Shown piece by piece: positions 41,120 to 52,317 of a stretch of DNA of 64,000 nt (the stretch's first letter is position 1; each line of letters starts with the position of its first letter). Origin of the DNA: Candidatus Bathyarchaeota archaeon (lineage in GTDB: Archaea; Thermoproteota; Bathyarchaeia; Bathyarchaeales; Bathycorpusculaceae); the NCBI GenBank assembly GCA_963707955.1, contig OY970176.1:1568001-1632000 (forward strand), written 5' to 3'. Position numbers and translations under genes: made by a program. The notes beneath the pieces were generated by a model that saw only the letters and a list, made by a program, of their open reading frames with translations, was not told the origin of the DNA and ran no database searches.

Positions 41120-42256
41120 TTGAAGCTTTACGAGTATGAAGCAAAAAACATTCTTGGGAAACATGGCATTACAACGCCTCAGGGCGGATTGGCGACGAGT
41201 GCGGGCCAAGCTCGCGAAGTCGCCGCTAAGCTCAGGCTGCCAGTCGTGATTAAGGCTCAAGTCTTGGTCGCTGGAAGAGGAAAAGCAGGCGGCATACTTT
41301 TTGCCCAGTCGGCTGAGGAGGCTGAAAAAACAGCAGAAAAGCTGCTGCGCATGAAGATAAAGGAGATGCCTGTCAAAAGCGTCTGGGTCGAGGAGAAAAT
41401 TCAGGTTAGGAGAGAGCTTTACTTTGGCATAACAACTGACAGACTTAACCGATGCTACGTTGCTGTCGCTTCTTCACTGGGAGGCGTGGACATCGAGGAA
41501 GTAGCTTCGAAAACGCCTGAAAAAGTGGTGAAAACCTCCATAAACCCGCAGCTTGGTCTCCGCTCCTTTCAAACCAAAGAAATTGCTACGAAGATGGGTT
41601 ATAGGGGCAACCAGATATCTGACTTGGGAAAAATCTTGGAAAGACTTTATGCTGCTGGGTTGGAAAATGACGCTGAATTGATCGAGATGAACCCGTTGAC
41701 GGAGACTGTGGAAGGGAGATTTGTGGCAGCGGACGCAAGGATTATCGTCGATGACAACGCGTTGTTCAGGCATCAGGATTACAAGAAGAGGCTTTTGGAA
41801 GGCGAAAGTGACCTTAGTCCACAGGAGGTGGAAGCCATGAACAACGATCTGGCGTACGTTAGACTTGAAGGTAACATAGGCGTGATCGGCAACGGAGCAG
41901 GTCTCGTGATGGCGACACTGGACACGATCCAGTACTACGGGGGAAAACCAGCCAACTTCTTGGATGTCGGAGGCGGAGCGCCATCAGAAAAAACGGCCTT
42001 GGCGCTGAAAATAGTGTTGTCTGATCCGCGGGTTAAGACACTCTTCATAAACATTCTAGGCGGCATCACGCGCTGTGACGAAGTTGCACGAGGCATACTT
42101 GAGGCGAAACGGAAGGTCGGAGTCAACATGCCCATGGTGATCAGACTCGTAGGCACAAACGACGCGGAAGGCAAGCGAATACTGAAAGAGGCCGGGATCC
42201 ACGTGCTAGAAAGTATGGAAGAGGCCGCTCGGCGAGTCGTTGAAATGTCCAAGTAG
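41120..42256 (+). CDS. sucC: Succinyl-CoA synthetase beta subunit
   Basis: [31 protein letters not shown]. Confidence 0.95.
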   Translation: MKLYEYEAKNILGKHGITTPQGGLATSAGQAREVAAKLRLPVVIKAQVLVAGRGKAGGILFAQSAEEAEKTAEKLLRMKIKEMPVKSVWVEEKIQVRRELYFGITTDRLNRCYVAVASSLGGVDIEEVASKTPEKVVKTSINPQLGLRSFQTKEIATKMGYRGNQISDLGKILERLYAAGLENDAELIEMNPLTETVEGRFVAADARIIVDDNALFRHQDYKKRLLEGESDLSPQEVEAMNNDLAYVRLEGNIGVIGNGAGLVMATLDTIQYYGGKPANFLDVGGGAPSEKTALALKIVLSDPRVKTLFINILGGITRCDEVARGILEAKRKVGVNMPMVIRLVGTNDAEGKRILKEAGIHVLESMEEAARRVVEMSK

Positions 42257-42270
42257 GGAGGCAACAGGCT

Positions 42271-43152
42271 TTGGCAATAATAATTGGCAAGAACACACGG
42301 GCAATCGTTCAAGGCATAACCGGATCGCAAGGAAGTTTCCACACTAAGCTCATGATCGACTGTGGAACAAGAATAGTTGGTGGCACCTCGCCTGGGAAGG
42401 GAGGATTGGAGGTGCACGGCGTTCCAGTCTACGACACCGTTGAGGAAACCCAGGAAAAACGCCGTGCCAATGCTTCGATAATTTTTGTGCCGGCGCCGTT
42501 TGCAGCAGACGCAGCGCTTGAAGCGCTTGACAACAGTATAAGAACGGTCGTGATAATAACCGAACACATCCCGATAAGAGACGCTATCGAAGTCATGGCC
42601 TATGCGAGTCAGAAGAAGGCAAGGATAATTGGTCCAAACACGCCTGGCATAATAACGCCTGGAGCCTGCAAGCTCGGCATAATGCCTTCACACATCTTCA
42701 CGTCTGGCGGCGTGGGCATGGTTTCCAGGAGCGGCACCCTCACTTATGAAATAGCTGCCGGTTTGACGAGGAGAGGCTTAGGTCAGTCGACGTGTCTCGG
42801 TCTTGGGGGAGACCCGATAACGGGACTAAACTTCACAGACGCCCTGAAGATGTTCGAGAAGGACATGCAAACAAGAGCTGTGGTTTTGATAGGTGAGATC
42901 GGCGGCAACCTTGAAGAGCTGGCGGCAAATTACATTGCGACGGAAAAATACCCGAAACCCGTTGTAGCATTCGTGGCTGGTCGTTCGGCTCCGCCGGGAA
43001 AACGCATGGGCCATGCAGGTGCGATAGTTATGGGCAGAGCAGGAACAGCTGAAAGCAAGATTGAAGCTTTCAAGGAAGCGGGCGTTGCAGTCGCTGAGAA
43101 ACCAGGTGACGTACCTGAACTGTTGGCAAAAGTGGTTGACATCAAAGAGTAG
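42271..43152 (+). CDS. sucD: Succinyl-CoA synthetase alpha subunit
   Basis: [24 protein letters not shown]. Confidence 0.95.
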   Translation: MAIIIGKNTRAIVQGITGSQGSFHTKLMIDCGTRIVGGTSPGKGGLEVHGVPVYDTVEETQEKRRANASIIFVPAPFAADAALEALDNSIRTVVIITEHIPIRDAIEVMAYASQKKARIIGPNTPGIITPGACKLGIMPSHIFTSGGVGMVSRSGTLTYEIAAGLTRRGLGQSTCLGLGGDPITGLNFTDALKMFEKDMQTRAVVLIGEIGGNLEELAANYIATEKYPKPVVAFVAGRSAPPGKRMGHAGAIVMGRAGTAESKIEAFKEAGVAVAEKPGDVPELLAKVVDIKE

Positions 43153-43232
43153 CCAATGTTTCCGGGGAGAACAAAAAGTATATTTGACACTGAACCGTGT
43201 GAGTGTTAGCCTCCGAAAAGTAGGACAAGAAA

Positions 43233-43394
43233 ATGCCAATATTGGATCCGCTGAAGAAGGCACTGGCTCAGAAGCACAGGTTGTACATGAAAATATGCCG
43301 CGATTGCGGTGCAAGGAACGCTGCGACCGCGACAAAGTGTAGAAAGTGTCATGCAAAGAACCTGCGGTGGAAGAAAAGAGAAATCGTGAAGTAG
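43233..43394 (+). CDS. rpl40e: 50S ribosomal protein L40e
   Basis: Hand-translated MPILDP..KICRDCGARN..ATKCRKC..NLRWKK (53 aa, missed by the ORF track). Confidence 0.93.
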   Translation: MPILDPLKKALAQKHRLYMKICRDCGARNAATATKCRKCHAKNLRWKKREIVK

Positions 43395-43416
43395 TCTTCG
43401 CCTGTATTCTGTTTTC

Positions 43417-44031
43417 TTACAGAACGTTGAACAGGGTTTCAATGTTAAAAGCAGTGTTGGCGCATCCATTTTTTATCAGTGGAACGTGCTGACCAACGAC
43501 GTTCATGGCTTTCAACACGTCTCCTCCGAGTCTCACTTCTTCGCCGCAGGCGACTCCCACGACACCTTCATACTGCTTGGCCTTTAGAATCTTTGGGATG
43601 CAAGAACCGCCTGGCAGGATGTACACGTCATAGCCTTTCTTCTGGCCGAAGAGCACCGCTCTTCCTATGGGACAGTCTGGTGAGCAATGGGCGCATACGT
43701 AAGATGGGATGCTCGGGTCGAAGGACGCCCCGCATCTGTTGTCCATAAACTTCCTGGAGCAGTGAGGCAGGAACAAGGCTCTCCTTTTTGTTTGGACGAA
43801 TTTTTCTCTTTCAACGAGGTTTCTTGCTTGTGCATCCATCAGGTCTTCTAGAAGGGTTACAGCGTCGTGCAAGTTGAGGCCTGTTGCCTCTTCTATCTTG
43901 AATTTTCTTATGATCTCTTGTGCCGTTTTGCTAACCTGTTTATGCATGCCCTTTTGATAGCTGGCCTTAGCTATCTCAGTGAAGAAGAAGCGCGGGATTT
44001 TTGAGAGATCAAACGTGAACTTGTATGGCAT
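43417..44031 (-). CDS. DUF116 family protein
   Basis: LFLPHC..C..CAHC..CPIG, PGGS, GVAC, GC. Confidence 0.85.
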   Translation of the reverse strand: MPYKFTFDLSKIPRFFFTEIAKASYQKGMHKQVSKTAQEIIRKFKIEEATGLNLHDAVTLLEDLMDAQARNLVEREKFVQTKRRALFLPHCSRKFMDNRCGASFDPSIPSYVCAHCSPDCPIGRAVLFGQKKGYDVYILPGGSCIPKILKAKQYEGVVGVACGEEVRLGGDVLKAMNVVGQHVPLIKNGCANTAFNIETLFNVL

Positions 44032-44120
44032 ACCCTAGCTTGTGGAGAGACAAACCTTTAAGATTAACTATTCTATACTAGTCCAAAATTGAAGATACTC
44101 AAAGCTGCGGAGGTTTAGCG

Positions 44121-44513
44121 TTGCAAAGATTCAGAAGAAGAAGAGAAGAAAAGAAATCGGATGTTGAACATGAGAGGAAGGTTTCGGAACTTGAACAGCT
44201 TGCTGGGAACGACAGGGAAACCTACGAAGCTTTGTGTTCAACGATGTTTCTCGACCCTAGGAAGATCGAGACTTCTTTGAAGCAGGCGGCTGACAACGCT
44301 GAGAAGAGTGAAAAAGACGGGGACATGGCAAGGGTTGGGATGTGGTATGAGGTCGCTGGGGGGCTAGCGATCTACGAGGGAAACGTGAAGAAAGTCATTG
44401 AGCATTACACTGATGCAGCAAGAGTCACAGGTAGACAATACGTGATATTGAAAAACCCTGAAAAAGCGGTGGCCGTTGCGCAAGAATACTATAAGAAAGT
44501 CCTGTTGGCTTAG
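44121..44513 (+). CDS. Hypothetical helical protein
   Basis: 130-aa ORF, GGAGG before TTG. Confidence 0.7.
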   Translation: MQRFRRRREEKKSDVEHERKVSELEQLAGNDRETYEALCSTMFLDPRKIETSLKQAADNAEKSEKDGDMARVGMWYEVAGGLAIYEGNVKKVIEHYTDAARVTGRQYVILKNPEKAVAVAQEYYKKVLLA

Positions 44514-44562
44514 CCGCGGAAATATTTGGTCTTCAAGTCAAAAACCGTGAGCAGCGGTTTTT

Positions 44563-44988
44563 CTATTTTTCTTCTTCCGTATATCCCAAAAGGTCTCTAA
44601 GAGATCTCACTTCTTCTCTGAGCACACTCACTTCGCTTTCAAGGGCGTCCGCTCTAGACTCTGCAACTTTTCTCAAGTTTTCGATCTCGACCATGAGGTT
44701 TGCCCGTTCTGTTTCCAGAGTTTTTATCTTCTCGCGGAGATTCGTGAGCGTCTGCATGAGTTCTTCCTTGATGCCCTTAATTCTTCCTACCATATTTTTA
44801 ATACTTGCTGTCTGTTGAATTTTCGTTTCACGTTCAACGGCCGATCTGAACCTAGCCCTGCAACTGGGACATTCGAATATGGCAGCAAGCTTGACTTCTG
44901 CACCTTTTTTCAAGGGTTTGCGAGAGGGAATCGGCCAAGTCTTGACAGGCGCGGCCACTTCGCAGCCGCATTTTGGACAGTTGACCAA
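44563..44988 (-). CDS. Cren7-like zinc ribbon fused to a coiled coil
   Basis: CPKCG..PVKTW..IFECPSC..FR, then heptad repeats. Confidence 0.65.
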   Translation of the reverse strand: MVNCPKCGCEVAAPVKTWPIPSRKPLKKGAEVKLAAIFECPSCRARFRSAVERETKIQQTASIKNMVGRIKGIKEELMQTLTNLREKIKTLETERANLMVEIENLRKVAESRADALESEVSVLREEVRSLRDLLGYTEEEK

Positions 44989-45090
44989 GCAGATTCCTCG
45001 TGTGATTTATGGCGTGCTGCGTCTAAAATCTGTTTTGTAGAAAAGCATGGAACGCGCTGTTGACGTTAAGAAAAAAAGGGAGGGAGTGTG

Positions 45091-46065
45091 TTAGATAGTC
45101 ATGTGGAACATTAGCCGTTCAACAAGCTCTTTGTACCTGTTTCGAATGGTGACCTCGGTTACCTGCGCTATCTCGGCTATTTCTCTCTGTGTTTTTCTTT
45201 CCCCGGTCAGTACAGAGGCAATGTAACTTGCTGCTGCTGCGATGCCCGTGGGGCCTCGGCCTGAAGTCAGTTTGAGTTCTTTTGCTGCTCCTAGGATTTT
45301 GTGGGCGATCTCTTCTACCTTTCCCTGCATCGTTAGTTGATTTGAGAACTTTGTGATGTACTGGCTTGGTCTCACGGGCGGTATCGAATAGTTCAGTTCC
45401 TTGATTAGAAAGCGGTAGCTCCGTCCGACTTCCTTCTTGTTCACACTCGAAGCTTGTGCTATCTCCTCCAATGTTCTAGCCAGCGCACACTGTCTGCAGG
45501 CCAGATAGATTGCCGCTGCAGTTACGCCCTGAATGGACCTTCCTCTTATGAGCCTCTCTTTGACTGCCTTTCGGTAGATGACCGAAGCTGTTTCAAGAAT
45601 GCTCTTAGGAAGGTTCAGGTTGTTGGCAATCTTTGTGATTTCGGACAATGCGAAAGCAAGGTTGCGTTCCGTCGCGTCTGAAACCCTTATGCGACGCTGC
45701 CATTTTCTGAGCCTGTAAACCTGTGCCTTCTGTCCTGGCGATAGGCTTTTCCCATAAACGTCTCTGTCGTGCCAATCAATCATCGTTGACAAGCCTTTGT
45801 CGTGAATAGTGTAAGTCAACGGTGCGCCTACCCTCGTTCTCTTGGCTCTTTGTTCATCGTCGAAAGCTCTCCACTCTGGTCCCCTGTCAGTTATCTTCGC
45901 AGCCAGGACGAAACCGCAGTTCATACAAACGATTTCTGCACATTCATAATCGCGCATGAGCCTTGTGCTGTGGCATTCCGGGCATGTCTGGATCTTTACG
46001 TGCTCAGGGTTCTGCGGCGATGCGGACGAGTCTGGGTTTGCCTGAACTTCGTCACTATCATCCAT
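45091..46065 (-). CDS. tfb: Transcription initiation factor IIB
   Basis: Zn ribbon, [23 protein letters not shown]. Confidence 0.97.
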   Translation of the reverse strand: MDDSDEVQANPDSSASPQNPEHVKIQTCPECHSTRLMRDYECAEIVCMNCGFVLAAKITDRGPEWRAFDDEQRAKRTRVGAPLTYTIHDKGLSTMIDWHDRDVYGKSLSPGQKAQVYRLRKWQRRIRVSDATERNLAFALSEITKIANNLNLPKSILETASVIYRKAVKERLIRGRSIQGVTAAAIYLACRQCALARTLEEIAQASSVNKKEVGRSYRFLIKELNYSIPPVRPSQYITKFSNQLTMQGKVEEIAHKILGAAKELKLTSGRGPTGIAAAASYIASVLTGERKTQREIAEIAQVTEVTIRNRYKELVERLMFHMTI

Positions 46066-46315
46066 ACTTGTTTTTCTCCTTTCTCCTCCTTGAGGGGATT
46101 ACGTAGACTGGTTTGTTCACCAATCTTTCAAGACCATGCATTGTGGGTCTTATTGCCACGTAAGGCGAGGACACTGGACCAAGTATGTCAAAAACCTTTC
46201 CGACGGGTTTTAGGTTTTCATCGACGACTGTTTCGCCAATCCTCGGAATGTTTTCAACCTTCGCTATCATGTTCCGACTTGGGCTTATCTGAAGGATTAG
46301 GCCTAGTCTCTGCAA
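46058..46315 (-). CDS. gar1: H/ACA RNP protein Gar1
   Basis: [24 protein letters not shown]; upstream of tfb. Confidence 0.88.
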   Translation of the reverse strand: MQRLGLILQISPSRNMIAKVENIPRIGETVVDENLKPVGKVFDILGPVSSPYVAIRPTMHGLERLVNKPVYVIPSRRRKEKNKYG

Positions 46316-46709
46316 ATTTTTAGTTTCCCCCTCACGAAAAGCAAAATGCTTCAGCCAAGCAGCCTATTTAAACTTTTCCACGTTTAAATTTTAGGAACAC
46401 GGCCATTTTCGAAAAACTGGCCTGCAACAGCCGATTTTAACCTTGATTGTCATCGAGATCTTGGCAGAAATTTGATTTGCGCGTTCAAAATGTCAGCTTT
46501 TCATTGTCCAAGCGCGTGATTTGCGTGGAAACTTCCCTGAAGGAAGGACTCCTCGTCTATTGGTACGGCAAAACACTTTTTCCAGGCGCATGGTGTCGGA
46601 CTGGGTCGAGGCTTATCATGAAAACACGCGGCAAAAGGTTACTTCGAGAGGTCGAAACCTTCATAAATAAGGACTGTTGATTAGACTGTGCATTTGAAGG
46701 GTGAGGCTT

Positions 46710-47090
46710 ATGTCCAAACCGTTTTATGTGAAGTTCGAGGTTTCGAAGGAACTTGCAGATGCGGCCTATGAAGCCCTGCAAATAGCCGCAAGAACAGGCT
46801 CTGTGAGGAAAGGCACGAACGAAACGACGAAGGCTATTGAAAGAGCTCAGGCCAAGCTTGTGGTTGTGGCAGAGGATGTACAGCCGCCAGAGGTTGTCGC
46901 GCACTTGCCTCTTCTGTGCGAGGAAAGGAAGATTCCTTACATCTTCGTCCCGAGCAAGGAGAAGATAGGCAGCGCGATAGGCATTGATGTTCCTGCTGGC
47001 GCCGCAAGCATCGTCAAAGAAGGAGACGCCACGGGACTGGTTAAGGAGATAGTTGAAAGAATCGAGCAGGCCAAAAGAGGAGCAAAGTGA
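46710..47090 (+). CDS. rpl7ae: 50S ribosomal protein L7Ae
   Basis: [26 protein letters not shown]. Confidence 0.97.
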   Translation: MSKPFYVKFEVSKELADAAYEALQIAARTGSVRKGTNETTKAIERAQAKLVVVAEDVQPPEVVAHLPLLCEERKIPYIFVPSKEKIGSAIGIDVPAGAASIVKEGDATGLVKEIVERIEQAKRGAK

Positions 47091-47320
47091 TGAGCAAAGA
47101 GGCAAGAGAGACTGAGCATGCACAGCTCACCCCGGCCGAGGTAATTCAAGTCATCGGGCGCACAGGTGTGACGGGTGAAATCGCTCAGGTCAGAATACGA
47201 ATTCTCGAAGGAAAAGACAAAGGGCGCATCATAACGCGCAACGTTAAAGGACCAGTTCGGGCTCAAGACGTTCTCATGCTCAGAGAAACTGAGAGGGAAG
47301 CAAAGAAGATCAGTAGATAA
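47087..47320 (+). CDS. rps28e: 30S ribosomal protein S28e
   Basis: [23 protein letters not shown]. Confidence 0.96.
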   Translation: MMSKEARETEHAQLTPAEVIQVIGRTGVTGEIAQVRIRILEGKDKGRIITRNVKGPVRAQDVLMLRETEREAKKISR

Positions 47321-47342
47321 GTTTGAGTCAGAATCGCAGGGG

Positions 47343-47549
47343 ATGCCCATCATGCCGAGACCTAGGAAATGCTCATTCTGCGGTAACGACTTCCCAGCGG
47401 GCACGGGCATGATGTACGTTAAGAACGACGGGTCAGTCTTGTGGTTCTGCTCAAGCAAATGCAGAAAGAGCTCCTTGATGTTTGGAAGAGACGCACGAAA
47501 GCTCAAATGGACAACATACTTCGGGAAGGAAGAGAAAGGAAAAGCCTAG
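47343..47549 (+). CDS. rpl24e: 50S ribosomal protein L24e
   Basis: CSFCG..GTGMMYV..FCSSKC..WT. Confidence 0.96.
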   Translation: MPIMPRPRKCSFCGNDFPAGTGMMYVKNDGSVLWFCSSKCRKSSLMFGRDARKLKWTTYFGKEEKGKA

Positions 47550-47628
47550 AATTCCATTCATAAAGAAGACGCACTAACCTTTCAGCTTCAACTGTCTTTT
47601 TCGGACGAGAATCCTGAACCGGCTTGTT

Positions 47629-47753
47629 TGGTAGCGGGGGGTTGATTTGAACAACCGCTAGAGGCAGCTTGATCTAGCTGCTATCTCTGGGTCCCTCAGA
47701 GCATTCGAGCTCTTATGAGCCCAGCGGGTTAATCCTGGCTACCCCACCCCGCT
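47629..47753 (-). tRNA. Initiator tRNA-Met(CAT) with two introns (47693-47713 at 37/38; 47658-47682 at 47/48), encoded CCA
   Basis: A1-U72 pair, three G-C pairs in the anticodon stem; removing both inserts gives a 79-nt cloverleaf; both inserts form BHB-type motifs. Confidence 0.92.
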
Positions 47754-47883
47754 GCATCTTTTATGCTGACGGGTATCTCTCTTAAATCTTTTACCAAGAA
47801 GATTTGGCCCAAAACCCGAGTTTTCCGGCCTCTTTGAAGTCGCTTGGGAGACGGAAACGTTTTAGACCCGCAATGCTTACCTA

Positions 47884-48549
47884 TTGAGTTTGGTGCTTCG
47901 AGGCTTGAACAAACCCTATCTCAGACAGACATCAAGTCCAACCCTTAAGAATCCGATTTTTGTACAAGGTCTTCCCGGGTTCGGGAATGTTGGCAAGATT
48001 GCAGCTTACCTGTTGATGAAGTTTTCTGGAGCGAAGCTTTTTGCCGAGCTGTATTCACCATCTTTCCCAGACTATGTTTCAATTAATTCAAAGGGGATCT
48101 GTCATCTGCCGCGATACGAGTTCTACGCCGCACCTACAGAAAAAAATGATTTCATTATAATGACAGGTGACACGCAACCCTCTTTCGACGATGTGGTCGC
48201 GCATTACGCGCTCTGCAGTGAAACGCTGGATTTCATCGAAAAGAGAGGTTGCAGCTTCCTTGTAACGCTGGGCGGAGCACCCGTCAAAGACGAGAAGGCA
48301 CAGGTGTACGTGGCGGCAACTTCGCCAAGAATTGCGTTGGAATTTATGGAGAAAGGCGCCGTGATTTACAGCAAGGGCAGGGTCGTCGGGGCTACAGGTC
48401 TCACGTTGGGGCTGGCAAAGGAGCGCGGCTTAGAAGGTGTGTGCCTGCTGGGGGCAACAACGGGCTTTAAAGCAGACCGAGGCGCAGGTTTTGCCGTGTT
48501 CAAGTTTCTGATGAAGGCTCTGGGCAGCGAGGTAAAGGAAGGGTTATAA
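47884..48549 (+). CDS. PAC2 (proteasome assembly chaperone-like) family
   Basis: QGLPGFGNVGK, GDTQP, TLGG, VGATG, CLLG. Confidence 0.85.
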   Translation: MSLVLRGLNKPYLRQTSSPTLKNPIFVQGLPGFGNVGKIAAYLLMKFSGAKLFAELYSPSFPDYVSINSKGICHLPRYEFYAAPTEKNDFIIMTGDTQPSFDDVVAHYALCSETLDFIEKRGCSFLVTLGGAPVKDEKAQVYVAATSPRIALEFMEKGAVIYSKGRVVGATGLTLGLAKERGLEGVCLLGATTGFKADRGAGFAVFKFLMKALGSEVKEGL

Positions 48550-48591
48550 GAGAAAACATCGATTTTAAGTCATCATCGAGGCGAGCGAAGG

Positions 48592-48810
48592 TTGACGGAA
48601 CAAAAGCAGAAAGCAAATGCAGGCTTCTTTAAGTCCAAGTACTGGAAGATGCTTCTCGTGCTTGTGATGGGTATCTTGCTGTTTGGAGCACCATACGCAA
48701 TGTATATTTTGCAAAATCACTACACCATTTCAACGATCGCCGGGTTCGGAGCCGTCTTCCTAGGTTTGTTGCTGATGTGGTACCTGATTAAGACCAAAGT
48801 CATTTCCTGA
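48592..48810 (+). CDS. Small 2-TM membrane protein
   Basis: 72-aa ORF with two hydrophobic helices. Confidence 0.6.
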   Translation: MTEQKQKANAGFFKSKYWKMLLVLVMGILLFGAPYAMYILQNHYTISTIAGFGAVFLGLLLMWYLIKTKVIS

Positions 48811-48987
48811 GTACAAGCTGTTTCTGCCTCAGATACCCTAGAGTACATCACCTTTTCAGACATTAAGGTTCGTCATCGGCAGGTCTAAAGGTGCGTGAGC
48901 CCTGTTAAAAATTGTTCGGTTAAAAGAGATTGGTTAGCAAAACATATAGTCTAACCAACGGCAATTACCTGTGTTGAACATTATTGC

Positions 48988-49353
48988 TTGAGCAAAGAGT
49001 GTGCAAAGATGAGCCAAGATGAGAAGAACGCTTTGAAAACTGGGTTGACGCAGCCCACTAAAATGGCGGATCTGATCGCCTACCAGGAAGGTTCTGTCGT
49101 AAGTAGAACAATTGTGGACAAGAAGTCCGGGACTGTTACGCTGTTCGCTTTTGATAAGGGAGAGGGACTGAGTGAGCATATGGCACCATTTGATGCTTTA
49201 GCTTATGTTGTCGATGGAGAAGCAGGGGTCACTATTGCCGGCAAATCTCTTGTGCTGAAGGAGGGAGAGATGATCGTGATGCCGGCCAACAAGACGCACG
49301 CCTTGAGGGCGACTCGAAGGTTTAAGATGCTCTTGGTGATGATCCGGGCCTGA
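48988..49353 (+). CDS. Cupin domain protein
   Basis: TLFAFDKGEGLSEH, MPANKTHAL. Confidence 0.9.
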   Translation: MSKECAKMSQDEKNALKTGLTQPTKMADLIAYQEGSVVSRTIVDKKSGTVTLFAFDKGEGLSEHMAPFDALAYVVDGEAGVTIAGKSLVLKEGEMIVMPANKTHALRATRRFKMLLVMIRA

Positions 49354-49397
49354 GTATGCTTCAATATGCTCCAGCAGAGACACAAATTATATAAAAT

Positions 49398-50003
49398 ATG
49401 CTGAGAGATATACCAGTTATGGAGAACGACAAAGAGAAAAAACTTGAAGAAATGGTTAAGAAGGGCGGAAGTTCAGCCAAGAGAACAACAATAATCCTTG
49501 AAAAAGATGAAAGGGAATTCATCGACTCCCTGATCCGTGAGGGGAAGGAACCCGGTATCAAGCCTCTCATCTCTAAGATGCTAGATGTCTACAGAAGCAT
49601 GATGATTTACGATTGGCGTTTTCCCGGCGAGTACTACTGCGGCATCAGCCGCATAGCCTTCGTGAATGTTGAACTGCTCAACATCCTGATCCAAAACACT
49701 CCGCGGGAGAAATGGCGCGAAATCGGCAGAACAATGGGTGAAGCCACAAGGGTGTCGATTGAAACCACCCTGGGAATACGAACACAGGACCGCGAGAAAT
49801 GGTCAGATGTTTTCAAGCGCTTGCGAGTGCAGGGTTTTGGTGATTTCTATCTGAAGGACAAGTACCTTCTTATAAAAACGCCTTTCATCGGCGAATCTGA
49901 GATCTGGGCTGGCCTGCTGGAGGGCTTATTCGATATAGAATTGGACGTGAAAACCACTTCTTCCCCGTTGGTTTTCGAAATGATAAAAAAAGACACAAAA
50001 TGA
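49398..50003 (+). CDS. Hypothetical regulator-like protein (RHH-like N-terminus, V4R/HNOX-like C-terminus)
   Basis: KRTTIILEK strand-helix start; EIGRTMGE, GFGDF, GLLEGL pattern. Confidence 0.5.
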   Translation: MLRDIPVMENDKEKKLEEMVKKGGSSAKRTTIILEKDEREFIDSLIREGKEPGIKPLISKMLDVYRSMMIYDWRFPGEYYCGISRIAFVNVELLNILIQNTPREKWREIGRTMGEATRVSIETTLGIRTQDREKWSDVFKRLRVQGFGDFYLKDKYLLIKTPFIGESEIWAGLLEGLFDIELDVKTTSSPLVFEMIKKDTK

Positions 50004-50063
50004 ACGAATAGATCTTATACTTCATACGCCAAGATTTGAAGAAAGGCTCAAGAGGAGAGTTAA

Positions 50064-51119
50064 ATGTCACTTCACGAAGCGATGCTTTACCAGAAATTGG
50101 AGGACAAGAAAGTCAACTGCTACCTTTGTGCGAGAAGATGCCATATAAACGACGGAGGCACAGGTTTCTGCCTGGTAAGAAAGAACAATGGTGGCACTCT
50201 TTTTTCGCTCAACTATGCTAAAGCAATATCTGCTGGCGTGGATCCTGTGGAGAAGAAGCCTTTGGCACACTTTGACCCAGGAGCCTTGGTCATGTCCATC
50301 GCTACAGTAGGCTGCAACTTCCGCTGTCAGTTCTGCGACAACTGGATGATCAGCCAAGAGAAGGAGATAGCAGGCAACCCCCTTCCTCCTGAAGAGGTCG
50401 TCAAGGCTGCCAGAGACAACGACTGTCAGGGAATAAGCTACACTTACACAGAGCCGACGATATTCTTCGAGTACGCTTACGACACGTCCAGGCTAGCACA
50501 TGAAGTCGGGTTCTTCAACACGTTTGTTACAAACGGTTACATGACACCAGAGGCTGTAAAGACTATAGCACCATATTTAGACGCTGCAACCGTAGACTTC
50601 AAGGGAGGCGGAGACCCAGAATTCTACAAAACTTTTTCAGCTGTTCCTTCCGTTGCCCCCATTTTCGAGGCTCTGAAAGAGATGAGAAGGAACAACGTCC
50701 ACGTTGAAATCACGAACCTAATCGTGCCAAAATCAGGAGATTCTCTAGAGAGAATAAAAGAGCTCGCAATTTGGATTAGAGACGGAATCGGCAAGGACAC
50801 ACCGTTTCACCTACTGCGTTTTCATCCTGACTATCAGTTAACCTCAATCCCCGCAACACCTATCGAAACATTAGAAAAGGCCTACATGACAGCGAAAGAA
50901 GCTGGACTAAACTACGTTTACATTGGAAACGTGCCAGGGCATCCAAGCGAGAACACGTATTGTCCAAACTGCAACGAAATGCTGATCAAGCGATACAGCT
51001 TCGCGGTCACGCGGTGGAATCTGACTAAGGACATGCGCTGTCCCGTCTGCGGACAAAGCATCCCGATCAAGGGCACACTGCACCCAAGCGGGCACTCGCT
51101 TCCCTACGCCCTGTTCTGA
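50064..51119 (+). CDS. amrS: AmmeMemoRadiSam radical SAM enzyme
   Basis: DPVEKKPL.HF, CNFRCQFCDNW, YTYTEP, RFHP, YVYIGN. Confidence 0.9.
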   Translation: MSLHEAMLYQKLEDKKVNCYLCARRCHINDGGTGFCLVRKNNGGTLFSLNYAKAISAGVDPVEKKPLAHFDPGALVMSIATVGCNFRCQFCDNWMISQEKEIAGNPLPPEEVVKAARDNDCQGISYTYTEPTIFFEYAYDTSRLAHEVGFFNTFVTNGYMTPEAVKTIAPYLDAATVDFKGGGDPEFYKTFSAVPSVAPIFEALKEMRRNNVHVEITNLIVPKSGDSLERIKELAIWIRDGIGKDTPFHLLRFHPDYQLTSIPATPIETLEKAYMTAKEAGLNYVYIGNVPGHPSENTYCPNCNEMLIKRYSFAVTRWNLTKDMRCPVCGQSIPIKGTLHPSGHSLPYALF

Positions 51120-51152
51120 CAAATCCAAAGCGTCGAGTAAGACTGATTAGAA

Positions 51153-52244
51153 ATGTGGAGACTCCTTCGCCCAGATGCCCTTGCCGTTCTCCAAGATGAA
51201 TCAGCAAAGAAAAGTCTGGTCAGATACTTCGCGGTTATGCAGGATGAGAAGCCCGCAAAATTCGTCATCGCCAAAAAGCTTCCCGCCGAATTCAGTGAAA
51301 ACGATTCAGTTGAGACGCTCTGGCAAAAACACGCAAGCCTCACTCAGGAGTTTTGCGAAATCGAAAGAGAAATTGACCATGGCCACGAAAACTTGGCGAA
51401 GATGCCGACTCCAAGCAAGTCTTACCTTGACCTGAAAATTGAAATCGCAAACAGAATTCTGCTTTCCTGCCACTTCTGCACACGCAAATGTCAGGTCAAC
51501 AGGCTGAGGGGGCAACTAGGCTATTGCCGATGCGGTTCAAAGATTACGGTTTCAAGCATTTTTGAGCACACGGGCGAAGAGCCTGAACTTGTGCCTTCCG
51601 GAACCGTTTTTACGATGGGCTGCACGATGCGCTGCAAGCACTGCCAAAACTGGACGATCTCTCAATGGGAGGAAAGAGGCGAAGTCTACGAGCTGGACGC
51701 ATTAGCCGAAGAGGTGAAGCAACTGCGCCTAAACAGTTGCAGGAACATCAACCTCGTAGGCGGAGAACCAACGCCTTGGCTTCAACAATGGTTCAGCACG
51801 TTCAAGCACGTTGACATCAACGTCCCAGTCGTCTGGAACTCAAACACATACTACAGCCCAGAGACGGCCAAGCTATTAGCAGGCTTTGCCGACATTTACC
51901 TATTAGATTTCAAATACGGACCGGGAGATTGTGCAGAAAAGATATCCGACGCTCAGAGCTACTGGAAAGTGTGCACTTACAATCATTTGGAGAGTAACAG
52001 ATTCGGAGAACTCATAGTGCGCATCCTTGTCCTACCAAATCATCTGGAGTGCTGTGCAAAGCCGATCATCAATTGGATAGCGGAGAATCTAAGCCCTGAC
52101 ACGAGGGTCAACGTCATGTTCCAGTACAGACCGGAGTGGCGAGCGTGCGAGGTTCCAGACTTAAGTAGGAGCCTAACAAGCGCTGAGAAGGACAGGGCTA
52201 TTCAACTGGCCAGAGAGGCAAATCTGACAAATTTCATAACGTGA
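51153..52244 (+). CDS. PflX-like radical SAM protein
   Basis: CHFCTRKC, GEEPELVPSGT, CTMRCKHCQNW, DFKYG, MFQYRP. Confidence 0.88.
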   Translation: MWRLLRPDALAVLQDESAKKSLVRYFAVMQDEKPAKFVIAKKLPAEFSENDSVETLWQKHASLTQEFCEIEREIDHGHENLAKMPTPSKSYLDLKIEIANRILLSCHFCTRKCQVNRLRGQLGYCRCGSKITVSSIFEHTGEEPELVPSGTVFTMGCTMRCKHCQNWTISQWEERGEVYELDALAEEVKQLRLNSCRNINLVGGEPTPWLQQWFSTFKHVDINVPVVWNSNTYYSPETAKLLAGFADIYLLDFKYGPGDCAEKISDAQSYWKVCTYNHLESNRFGELIVRILVLPNHLECCAKPIINWIAENLSPDTRVNVMFQYRPEWRACEVPDLSRSLTSAEKDRAIQLAREANLTNFIT

Positions 52245-52317
52245 AGTCACTTCTTCGAGAGCGAAACGTATTTCTCAAGCTGCCCTCACTTCTAGACGCA
52301 GAAACGAGTGAATAAGA

